Positions 13,131 through 25,890 of a stretch of DNA of 64,000 bases are shown in pieces. How positions within the stretch are numbered: the first letter of the stretch is position 1; each line of letters begins with the position of its first letter. The position numbers were made by a program, and so were the translations under genes. The notes beneath the pieces were generated by a model. That model was not told the origin of the DNA, did no database searches, and saw only the letters and a program-made list of their open reading frames with translations. Source of the stretch: Trichoplax sp. H2 (lineage: Eukaryota); assembly GCA_003344405.1 (NCBI GenBank), contig NOWV01000015.1:496001-560000 (forward strand), read 5' to 3'.

Positions 13131-14713
13131 GATTTTTAATTAATGTTTTCATCTCCAGTAATTCTTGATACCTCTAAATTAGAGACTTCAAGGCCATCAA
13201 AATTTTTATTTCCCTACTTCTTTGATTCACATGAGAACAATAATGGGATGATTAAGCTAATTGAAATCGTTAGAGCAGAATTTTTTCCTTAACAACTTTA
13301 TAATTGCGGTGATAGTAAATAGTGTATTAAATATGAATTGATCCAAGCTAATTATGAAAATCTATTTCTTTGAACACTGAAAGAGTATCTCTCGCCAGCA
13401 ATAAAAAGTGATACAATTGGTCAGTCCCGCTTTAGTAATCTGCATGCGTAGTCAAATTATGCTCCTATCTTTAATAGTTAACAATGTACAAAAAACAACC
13501 AGTGCAGACAATCTTTCAATGAATAATTTCTCACTAACTGATGACTGATTTTAAAAAATTAAACTGATCAATAACTTCTTAATTTAGCAACTTTTTTGAG
13601 CTCCGATATAATGTCTATTGCCTATAGCAGACAAGTAGAATTTGTTAACTTTTAATTAGCTTTCTAGATGATTTTATGATTTTACAGTTTTCTCTATTGC
13701 CTATATCGATTTCTTTTCAGGCTAAAATAGACTTTTCCAACTATCTAGAGGCTAATAGAATTTGTTTAAGTTGTAAACGGAATTTGGACACTTTACTAAT
13801 TATGTCATCTTCTTCATAAAGTGAACGCGATTTTTTCCCTTACTGAAGTAGAATATACAGCTTTATTGTAGGCAGATAGAAATAGTTGATTTTATACACC
13901 AAAGGTTTTTTAACTAGTCTATAAAATCAGCTATTTTGATTACTACTATTAAAACTAGTCTACTACTACGTGATTTCCTTCCTTGAACATAAACTGCATT
14001 ACCACTATTCAATAAAGCTTTACTTACAATTCGAAGGAAGAATTGTTATTCTATTTAGCAAGAGAAACAATCATCGATTTCAAATACTATGTTCCAGGCT
14101 ATAATAATAGCTGCAAAATTAATTAAAGCAGGATAGCTATTGCCCATGTCATTTGCTTAAATGCTATAAAGTATTTCCTTTTCCTAAAGTTTGATTCAAA
14201 CAATCGCCTTCAATTTAGCCCATGTTAATGGTATTCGGATACCGTATATCATAGCATAACGATTATTTTTATTTTATTCAAGCATATGCTTCGTTCTGAT
14301 CATCTATATCCTCCTTTTACTATTAATCGACAAGTTGTAGTATGTCCAAACTTCTAATGTACCCTTGTTTATAGTCATTTTGGTCGGATATAATAGTATG
14401 CAGTATTTTCCATTTAAATTGTTTAAGTATGATGTTAAAGTTTTTCTTTGATTTTTCAACCACGAGATACTATAGCTATAATATTCTATAAATGTTAATA
14501 TATTTCTTATAGTATAATGATATTATTATTCTTTTTCCTAGATTTTAGGATTGTTCAATTGAAATTAAAAAAAAATAGACTGGTACAGCTTATATATTGT
14601 TAATGCTAGCTAGTTTATACATGATCTTTCTATAACTGCATACATAGAAATTCTTCTTTGATGACTTCAATCGACTATCAAAATTGGAGTTATCCAATCG
14701 CGATCATCACTTG

Positions 14714-16659
14714 ATGGAAGTAAAAGAAATGGACTCCATCAATAATAGCAATGAAAATTTTCTTGACGCTCTATATCATGATAGTGATGATGATGATGAT
14801 GCTATTGATAAAGAATTGTGTGATCTAAAATCAATCATACAGGATAGTGGAATTCACTTTGAGCAATTTTATGATCCAGCTCAAACATTAATCGATTGGA
14901 CCGATGGGCTGGATGAAATTGATAACATTGTACATCATCGATTGCATTCTATTGCTACATCGCATAAGAATCCACTGCAATTACAGAATGAAATCAATAA
15001 TCCATTACAAAATTTGGTCGCATATACAGAAGAATCTTATTCTGACTATAGCAACTTCTCTATAGATAACAATTGGGATATCAACGAGCCTGCCGCAACA
15101 ACTATCCCGGATGATAACGTTCAAAATATTTACTTATTGCAATCTAATCGAGATGAAAACTCTGGTCGTCATTCCATGGATATCATTTACGAGACCGGAA
15201 TAGAACATGATCCTACAGCATCAAATGTTGATGGTCCAATTAATATGGGACTGTCCACAGATAGGAACGAAATCGTGAACGATATTATTTATAATTTGGA
15301 TATAAGCCACGATATTAGTCATCATCTAGGCTATAGTCATTCAAAATCTGACGAAAATAGCCACCAAGAAAGTCACCATTCCAACTATCAATGCGAAAAC
15401 GAAGTCGATAACGGCAATGATTTCCAAAAAAACAATTTTACTTCCTGTTCATCATATCAGTCGAAAAATGTCGATCTTTTATTACGTCCATCACGACACA
15501 ATGATTGGACACCTAATCCACAAAAATTAATCAAAGCTGGACAAGATTTAAATAAATTATTGTCCATAATGAATAATTTAACACAGAAAGATGTTATGAA
15601 TCCTGGATTTCAATCTCAAATTCGTCGAGAGAAGAACAAAATTGCATCCAGGTCAATAAAGTCTATTACCAATTAATAGATAACATTTGGATAGTGTAGA
15701 TTTTATTTTAAAATTGTACTCAGGTGTATAAAGTTTATTTCCAATCAATATAGAATATTAAGATAGTGTAGATTTTTTGTTGTATCCAGATCAATAACGT
15801 ATATTACCAATCAATATGTAACATTAAGATAGTACCGATTTTATTTGAAATTGCATCCAAGTCAATAAAGCCGATTGCCAATTAATGCATAAGATAAAAT
15901 AGATTTTATTTTAACTTTCGAGATAGATAATCCTAGCTTGAGAGAATTTTAACATTATAACTAGGAGTTGCATTTGTTACACCAAAGACAAAAATAGTAC
16001 AATGGCGATAATTTTCTGAATAACTTTACAACCTAATTAAACGATGATAAAGTGTTAATATGATATGATAGCATATTTTTCCATTTATCCTTATCATAGA
16101 ATATGTAGATTGAAGAAGAAGCAAGCTTATGAATCAAATAAGATCAAGCTGCATGGATTAGAGAAAGAACATGGTAAAAATTCTTATGACTATTAAATAA
16201 TTAGCGGTATCAAAACTTTTTAATGGGCCGATCTTATGTAGTAAATCCATTCTGATTGTAATAAACAGCGTAATTATTTAATAGTGAAAATATTATTCAG
16301 CTATACAAAGAAATTGACAGTATCTACTTGTACATTTGTGTGTATTTTTTCAGATAATATTAGTAATATCTTAAGAACGCTTAAAAGTGAACTATTAAAC
16401 TATCAAATGAATCCCCCCTTAGCAAGCAACCTTACGTGGAATAAGATAATAACAGATATTGAGCAATCTTGCAGTAAGTAGGAGTGTAATCCCGTATGCT
16501 AAATAATTTAGGTTAAGATTGGAAATTCAAATTTTCTAATCTTCAACCCAATATTTTATACCCTCTTTAGATCCTATCTCGAACGTAGCTGGTCGTTCGT
16601 CCGATTATGTTAGAGAAATCCTTAGACAAGTAGTTCAAATTAAATCCGAAAAAGAGTGA
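14714..16659 (+). CDS. CREBRF: CREBRF / Luman-recruiting factor / REPTOR-like bZIP transcription factor
   Basis: Exons 14714-15651 (frame open from 14648), 16100-16173, 16354-16473 and 16571-16659. The spliced C-terminus WTPNPQKLIKAGQDLNKL...[37 protein letters not shown]...VAGRSSDYVREIL matches CREBRF signatures ([43 protein letters not shown]). The N-terminus is acidic. The true start is uncertain. Confidence 0.9.
15638..15912 (+). repeat. ~70 bp tandem repeat, 4 copies; the first copy spans the exon/intron junction
   Basis: Unit aaattgcatccag|gtcaataaagtctattaccaattaat...gatagtgtagattttatttt repeats at about 15638, 15710, 15780 and 15848. Confidence 0.85.
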
Positions 16660-19329
16660 GCTTGGCAAATTAAATTTGCAGCTTTCGCCAATTTTTGTTG
16701 AAGATGATAACCGTTATTATATTTATTTATAACTGTATCTTTGCTTATCTCATAAACAAAATATTATAACCTGGCTATTTTATTGTAAGACTTGATTATC
16801 GTATATTAAGTTTTAGCTATACAGTAGTTCTAGTAGTTTAGTAGAATAGAAATATATAGATGCCATAAATCAAGCATATTCTCTCTTATGTTGTTACTCT
16901 ACTGAATCATTTAATAACGACTAATAACAATAACAATTATTATATAATCTTACGGTCAGCAAGTTATAGTATTTTAATTAAAAAGATATCTATGGCAACA
17001 AGTATTGTAGTGTATCAGATAGATAAGAAACATTGTAGTCACGTAGTCATTTGATTAGTTTTAATAATACTGCTATCTAGATTTTCAATTTTTTCACCTG
17101 TTACTGTATTTCCTTCGTAAATATGTGATAGCTAATTTATTTTAATGTCATTTATGGTATATCTTTACCGAGAAATGACTCTATTGTATATTTAAAATAG
17201 ATTAACTTACAGTAGTATAGAAAAAATCCGGATAAGATAATACTATGAGTAATTAACAAATTTCATTAAGTTATATAATTTGCTTAAACGTCTTATCCTA
17301 GATTGTACTATCATATTATAAAATCTAATAAATACCCATTCGCTTGACAGTGTACCGATCTAAGAGATATACTTTGGATTGTTTTATATCGATTAGAAAT
17401 GACATACATTATTTTAACTTCAGGATAAAGTAATCATGTTATCCTTTTTACAAATAATTTTATGCCAATCAATATCTTGATGTAATAGCTTTTAAAGTAA
17501 ATCAAATAAATAAGAAAAGAAATAACCTTTCATAGGCTGTCAAATTATAATTGGAAAGTATCCATGTAAAATTGAAAGATTGAATGATTAATATTGAAGT
17601 ACAGTAACTATATGATCAGGATAAAAGGTAGCTTGCTCTCCCTGATGTTTTAACTTGCTTTTTAATCTTAGCTTTTAATTATATTATAAATTTTGACTTA
17701 AATAAATTTTACTTTCAGTGAGAATAAAAAATACTGAACCATTTATAGAATTTATCGAGAATAAAAGTTCGATAATTAAACCTATGGTTGAAAATTACAA
17801 AATATCCAATTCTATGATAAAGAAGCTTAAAATATAAACTATGTTGGACGCGATACAAAGCATGCTCTAGATGGAAAGGAAATGGGCCTACGCGGGCTAA
17901 TAGAATATAAATTATATTATTATTGTTATCATTATTATAGAAAAAGAAATAAAAAGAAGACCGAGCCTATTTCATGGCTTGGACGAGCTATTTTAGTACA
18001 TGCGTGCCAATTAGTGATTTTAATTTTTCAGCCAGGAAGATATAGTTATGATATCCTTTCTATGTACTATGGGGATAATATTTATATTTTTAAACGAATA
18101 AAGAGTTGAACAATTCATTACATTTTTGGCAAAATTAAAAAATTAAAGCGCATGTGGGATATTATGAAATGTATAGATTGAAAGACTACATGGAATATTC
18201 TGGTAATAAAAAATTGAAAGAGTGAATGTGACACCGTTCTACAGTTACTTTTAATTTAGGAATGGTTATAAAGGAATATGTGAACTATATTCAGATAACT
18301 GACAAAAATACTTTATGTGTAGATTGGCGGTCACGTGCTGCTAGTGTAGAAAGAGTATTCTAAACAATTTAAATTCTACGAGTATTTTTGGAGTTCAGAA
18401 AATTGGTGAAAGACAATCTAGAACAACGAAAGTAGAAAGATTAAATTAAATAATAGGTAAATAAGAGCAAACTTAGCCCTTCTATATGTAGAAAGACTGT
18501 ATTCAGATATCTCTTTCAAATAACATACAGATTTTTTCCTGTCTTGACATGTAAATCACGAGAAATTAAAATATTACTTTCTTCCATGTTTTACAATTAC
18601 CTACGCAAATCGAAATTTTATACTAATTACTGCCAACTGGCAGGAAATTCGTATATTCTACATCATCCTTACATTTGGTGATAGGACACAATATCTAAGT
18701 TTTTCAACTGACAAGCACAGCTGGATAATAAAGGAAATTGGAAGGTATGCTTGATTGATTTATTAACTAGCAAATAGCTCTCTTTGTTACATAGGTAGTG
18801 TCAATAATTTTTATAAAATAACAATATCTTTGCACTTTATGAATTCAAATGGTTTACATTCTTTCACATATAGAAGACAATGAAGTCGATCATTTTCGAT
18901 ATCAAATAAAACATGATGCAATCATTTCATTCCAGTGGCTTAAAATCGTATTTAAATTAGATTCATGTACGTTAAGTTCTCTGCGATACACTTTCATAGA
19001 GTAAATCTTACCACTTAATATTTCTGTAATTTGTGGCAATGCATTCAAAAGCACGGTTACAAGTAGGCCAGAATAACACAAATAAAAAATAAATTACACT
19101 GCATGTGATAGTTTGGCTTCATGAATATTATATAATAATATACAGTATAAGATTTTCAAAGTTTTGTAAATTTGAGTTTGCTTTGAAAGAGTTAGAAATT
19201 CCCTTCATTGTTTCTAGGAGAAAAATATATGAAAGAAGCAGGTTTTTCTCTATCATGTATTTAAAGCTGTTGGATTAGGATCCGTCACCTTACTCATCCT
19301 AATATTTTATTTGTAGTAGTATTATAGTT

Positions 19330-22300
19330 TTAAAATAAAATCCAATTTTTCTTTACTTTCTGAAGTGAACGGCCGTAAATTATCACTGTTAACACAACAG
19401 CTAGTAAGCATATAACAAATACAATTTTCGCTTCCCATTCCCGAAATACGATGAAAGCTTTCCATTTATTTTGTAATCTGGAGAAAGATTTAGAAATGGA
19501 ATGCTGCTGCATATCCCTATTATAGCAATGTATAGATAAACCCATATACTTGAGTCAGAATATACTTGGTTTAAGTTTTTAATTCCTAATTAGTATTTAC
19601 CTAAGTGGAAGAAATCTGGCACGGTGTAAAAGAGCTCCCAGTGTCCACTGTACTACTCTACCCTTGATTAAGTTGGAAAATTTAAAATTTAAATCTTTCT
19701 TTGGAAAGTGATGCCCGTCATGTAGGACAGCAGATATCCAGGCAGCTTTGAAACATTGGTGTCTAAAGACATAAATTTGCATATTATGGCCGTGTTTTAC
19801 TGTAGCTATTTAGTTGTAAATAATTTGTACAAATATGGATCGATAAATTAGCTTCATTACTTTAAAATATTTTGATTGACATTGCCATATCTTCCAATTG
19901 CATGATCTTTCGCTATCGATTGCCAGGGCCTACTACAGAAAGTTGCTGCCCGAGCCTTTAGTTTTTCGAAACTATAATTATTCTCAATTTTTAGTGTTCT
20001 TTCAAGTGTGTAATAATAAGCAGATAATCCCCAGAATTCATTTGCCCTAAGTTCATTTATTACAATAATATTTAAGATATCATTCACATGTGTACAGTTT
20101 ATTGAAGAGATATTATTACGTACATGCAATAAAATGTGATTTGTGTTATCTTACCAAAATGCATACTCTGGTAATGCGATACCATTGATGGTGCATAATT
20201 TAGTGCGACAATAGGATGTCATATTGAGGAGTGGTAAAACAGAAGAACGACAGTATTCAAAATTGCCGGACCCGGTCACTTTGATATCTTTTTGGCCATG
20301 CGTTATCACTTCCGAGGCTCTAAAAGGTAGGCAAGGATCGCGAATCCTGAAATTAAATGGTGATTTCAGCATAATATTTTAAATACAATTTAATCGATTG
20401 CTGTGTATTTACTGAGTTCTATTAGTAGTCAGTTAATATTATTATTTTACTTCATCAAATTATTTACTTTGCATACTTCATGACTAAACTAGAGTAACCT
20501 ACCACGATAAAGATTTATTTTCTTTCTTTAATTGCATAATAAGTCTGGAAACGTAGCGTTGACGTACCATATTGGTACCATGTTTAAGAAAGGTTGAAAC
20601 AAAAACAAAATATTGATGTGAAGTATCGTGAGCATCACATCCTAGGTTAATTTCGATCAAGCTGCTAGATGAAGTATCGTGCTGCAAATAAAATAGAAAA
20701 TTATAAATCTATCAAAAAAAAATGTTATATTTTAACTAAAGCATAATAAGTTAAGTTATGATTATAAATCCAGCTAGTATCGACAAGGTCGAATAGATAG
20801 GATGTAAGTTGATATGCATTAAATTTCTACGTTATTAACTAGGAGGAGCTGTGTCAGGATTCAGGGATAAATTTTTGGCACACTGCAACACATAAAACTT
20901 GCAAAGAAGAATATTGTAGGACATAAAGAAGCGATTGAGGATTTATTCTTATTGCATTGACTTCTAGGTTATGTGAAATGTAATACTATCCATGTCAAGA
21001 AACGAATGTGTACGGTAGGCTGATACTTCGTATTTCAGAAGGGACTACAAAATGATTTAGCATCAAGATTTATTTTAAAAATACGAACCGTAGATGGTAG
21101 TTCGAACGCAAGTTGTGTAGAAAAGCCACCCATTTCTAGAATTCCCACCGTTGGTAAATGTGGGATATCAGTAGTTGTATTGTTAGGAGAAGGGCCTAAA
21201 ATGTACAATTAGCGAAGTTTTTAACGGATTAATTAAAAGTAGGTTTTGCCTTAAATCAAAAAGAAGATCATATTTGCAACAGTTAATTATTGCCAGCTTT
21301 GTGTATTTAGTTCATACAAAACGCTCAACTCTATTTTACATACGACGCTATTCAATCATTTTATACCATGTGAAAAGCGACCAAGCATGTAGTTGACTGC
21401 AATCCAAGAATAGATCCCTACAACATATTAAAGGAGGCAAAAATGATGATTTAATGAATCCAATGATAATATAATATTACCATACGCTTTGACAACATTG
21501 GAAAAACAATAAAATGATATTGAGGCCGTAAGACTAGCAATAATGTAGAACAACTGTTTTAATAACTAGAATTGCAAAGTTTTACAATGCCTTTTAAGTT
21601 TCAAACTTTGATAATATATTCTACATCCAATTAGTAAACTAGAACTATATGATAATGTAACATTGATAGATGAGGCAGTCACTACTTTCCTCTAATAGCA
21701 GTATCAGAAATTATAAGTACATTAATTCTATCATGTTTCCATATTATGCATCACTTGCATCAACTGTCTTTACCTTCCAATTTGCCACTAATAACACAAG
21801 CATGGCTGGCAGGAAAATGAAAGGGAAAATGTTTGGGCACATACTGGCGAATGGTATTTAAGATGAAATTTTGATCGTTAACAGATAGTAACCTCATACC
21901 AGCAGTGGCTAATAAATATAGTACAGTTTCACGATGTTTTTCAACTGGAATTGCTTCCTTTGCAAAGTCTAAAAGTTCTTTCATCTGATTCATGATCTTA
22001 GATGGTTGATTGAGCAACGTTGCTAAACCTGAAACGGAAGTTATCAAGTCAATATCGTTTCAAACTAGTACATGCATGAGATTACAGGCAATGAGTCAAT
22101 TAGGACTTGCTATTTTATATTTGCAATAATTCAATTATCACTATACCATGTTTCAATCAATCTCAATGTACTGTCTGGAAATGAAATTGTCCATTACTCT
22201 TAAAATCGACACGTTGACAAGAGTTGCATGATGAATAGTAAAAGCGTTGAATATTGGCACAAGTTTTGTTGATAGCGAAGACATTAGTTACAGTACATAA

Positions 22301-24213
22301 CATCATTAAAGTTTTGTTATATTCATCAGGATATTATAACACAAACCGGGAACGAATTCAGTTCAGCAAAAGGAGAAAACAACTAGTGTCAATGGATGTT
22401 GTACACATAACAAGATTACATACATCTCATTTGAAAAAGGAGATTTTTGGTATATTTTCTTTAACTCATCCTTGGATAGGAAGGAAATGACTGACAAAAT
22501 CTATTGTATAGTACTGTATGTATTCATAACAGTGTGCAGTCTGCTGGAGGCTGGATATGGAAACCACTTGCTACAGTAATGCAAATTCATCTTTCGTATT
22601 ACAAGGGAAAATCATATAAGTAAGAAGAAAATTCAATAGTGATTCTGGCAAGCTTCAATGTGCTTATTGTGAGAAACTTTTACTTAAATGGGTTGTGTAG
22701 ACCCTTTGCATTCGTAGTGTACACCATGGACAAGGTACAATGCTCTATGGAAACCATTTGCCAATGCAGGTTCATCATTTAAGATGAATAGACAATCCAT
22801 ATTTGCTAACTTCTATTGACAGTGTACACTATGGCAATGACCATCAGGCAATACAGATTGATCAATTAAAATAGATAGACAATTTGTATTGGCTAATTAC
22901 AGTACGCAGTTGGATTGACAGCGTACATTATACAATCGGCGCTAGCCTCGATATGAAAACCGTTTGTCAAGACAGATTGATAATAGAATAGACAATTTAT
23001 ATTTGCTGAGTTAGATTGTCTCACTATGGGTATCCCGCAGAAAGGCCATAGTATAGTATTACACTACTACATAAGAGTAATTTTGTCTGGAAAGGGTTAT
23101 CCTATGTCAATTTAGTGATGGGTAGGGGGAAGAGATTTGAATTAATTATTATTTTTATTTATCATGATGAAATTGAGGCTCGTCCGTTGGCTTATGAATT
23201 AGTAATGGTGGTAAAATCAATTTTCTTGTATGAAATTTTGCAATTTCATTTCAATAAAGTTGCTAATGATAGTAAGGACGTACTATACACTATACAGTAC
23301 GGTACAGTATATTGGGAAATGCAAGTACGGTGCCATTCGTACTGTCTTATTAAATATTATATTGGCATCCTAATTTCAAAGCAAACAACATACGAACAAG
23401 ATGATCAATAATTCATTTTGAGTAGGGGATTCATGATCTTTGCAGATGGCGAGCATGTCGATGTTTCGTAGACAGTAACGTACAAAGGAGAATTGATCTT
23501 GGAGGTGGCAGTGGCTGCCTTGTTGCACTACATGTAGAATGGGTGAGTAAAATCTATATCCGATTTTGCCACGGTCGATGTTGACTTAAGGTTAGAGTTC
23601 AACTATGAGCAATGGCCGATTAGATGTCCAAGTTGATGTGTTTTCTCTCGTCGTTTAGGGTGGAATGGCTACTGCAAATCCGCCAGTCAAATCGGCCATT
23701 TTGCTCAATTTTAAGAGCCCTCATGATCAATGTCATTTTACAAGCAGTTCCGATTGTTCACGCCGAGTTTGTTATACTATCGGAGAAACATGTTTACTCC
23801 ACTTTGGAAAATAAATCCTGGCCTAATTTTTTAAGTTCAATTTTGCATTTTATTTTGTTGTGTGACTTACCTGGTGAAATTCTTTTTACCAAGATTACTT
23901 TTCGATCATTGGTTGCCGGTTGGATTTGGAGTAATTCACCACGGCGACCAGAATGCGGTGGCCATCGATAAATGTATAATCGTGAGCCACTACTACCGGC
24001 ATCAATGACCATGCCGTAATGATCATTTTTGCCATGTTGACGGCGTGGCTGGAATCGATGACCAGGACGATCGAATTGTGGCGCTAGTGATGGATGATGT
24101 GACGGACTTATTAATAATAACCAACTGACGATGGTGAAAAAAATAAAAACAACGGCAAGATAGCGTAAATATTTCCACTTGAGGATTAATTGAAGGGTTA
24201 CTTTGACCGCCAT
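19330..24213 (-). CDS. ENTPD4: GDA1/CD39-family nucleoside di/triphosphatase, ENTPD4/ENTPD7 type, with N- and C-terminal transmembrane segments
   Basis: Exons approximately 24213-23871, 22028-21774, 21417-21367, 21195-21089, 20681-20503, 20346-20155, 20046-19861, 19762-19601 and 19516-19330. Apyrase conserved regions are present: IDAGSSGSR, ATAGMRLL, EGIYSWIAVNY, EMGGFSTQ and WTLG. INLGCD and RFLPLRD are ENTPD4/7-type motifs. The gene could be co-orthologous to both ENTPD4 and ENTPD7. Confidence 0.93.
22540..23030. repeat. Degenerate ~90-110 bp repeats in apyrase intron 1
   Basis: atagacaat...tatt(t/g)gct recurs at about 22788, 22875 and 22988; tatg(g/a)aaacc...ttg recurs at about 22556, 22746 and 22952. 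Confidence 0.6.
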
Positions 24214-25890
24214 GTTAACTCAATGACGGCAAGCGAACAACGAATGCAATAGATGGACCCAATAGAAAAATAACATCAATTTCGATCATCACTTGACTTG
24301 GACGATCCATGGACTACTGCCTAAAAGAAAGAAAGAGCCTAATGGTGATTACTAAACCTACTATTATCGCCATCCATACTATCGAAATCCAGCCTGGACA
24401 AGAACTCATTCATTCATCGACTGAGAGTAAGGCTGTCAAAAACTGTATCCATTTGCAATCCAAAATAATCGCACATTCAATATCATTTTACCTCATCGTT
24501 GTCATCATCCGTGGGTTGTGGTGTATGCTAACTGAGTCTTACTGCCTCGATTTCATCCAGTTAAAGCCAATTTCTGGACTAGAAAATCAACTGTCAAATG
24601 ATTGGGCAAGGAGCCGCAAGCGGCCTCAGTGGAAAGCCTCCTTCTCGTACCCGGTGACAAACCAATGAATGCAAGAGGTGGCGGCCAGTGCTAAATTGAA
24701 CAATAATTAATAATTATTATTATTATACTGTAGGTGGTAGAAAGAGTTGCATGGCTTAAAGGTGTGAGCATGGTGATGCTACGGAAAGCATAGGCCGTAA
24801 CTGATACTGTTTGCTTATTTTCATGTTGACGCCTTCTGCGCATCAACTTTCTACAGTGATTTTCCTTTTTCGACTGGATACGGTATAATGTCGTTACTTG
24901 TAACAGTAGGCTCCAATCGGGTAGAAAAACGTGTATAACTTGTCGTTTATGTCCATTAAGAATGAGAAAATGTGGAAAAGGGACAGTGTAGTGTATAAGT
25001 AGCTTATGGAAAGAGTTTATAATACGAATGTACCTTCTTACTCAAGTCTTGACATGGAAGACTAAATGCATGATTTTGACATACTGGAGACCGTTAAAGT
25101 ACGCTCGAAGTCATCCTTGGACGAGTGGATGGAAGTGATTTGGTGACCGGCTAGGGACCAGTTGAGAAAATACAGTACAGTACTGTACAAGGTGGTTGGA
25201 AAGTCATTTGATATTAGAAATCGGTTTTGGGATGGCTAAAATTAAGACGATGGCTTTCCGCTATATTGAACATCGCAAAGAGACGATATATGACATGATT
25301 AAATTCCGCATAACAGAGTTGAACTTAAGCTTAATTCCAAAGTTATGGGCTTTGATAGTTAAGATAAGATTTTCTTGAGTGCATGGGTGATCTATTGTAT
25401 TTTCTTTCATGTAAACCGAAAACTTGATCAAATACCTGTAAAAATAGGACTGCAGGCTTAAAGCTTGATAACGTAGTGACAGTGTCTGAAATAAAGAAAT
25501 GCACGCGAAAATGTAACGAATACAGACTTTATCTGTGTGCAAATGATGAAGGATGGTCAAGTAGCCCTTCTTAAATGTTCGATTTTGTGCCTCCTGCTTA
25601 TGAAATTACTTGGATATTACGCATGCATGCCTTTCGCAGCTTGGTGAATACAAGGTCATAATAAATGTATGGAAAATTGAGGTCTAATTTTGTATAATTA
25701 GAATATCAAATGACTTTCCAAACACCTTGATGAGTTTATTTTCTTTTCAGACTCAGAAAAGGGGAAAAGTATTGCTGAAACTAACGTAAAATTGCTATAC
25801 TTTATAACATTATGTAGCGAGAGAGCTGAACTTTACTTTTTGTACACTCCATATTATACAGTGAAGTAGTACTGTAAGCAAGGATGTTTC

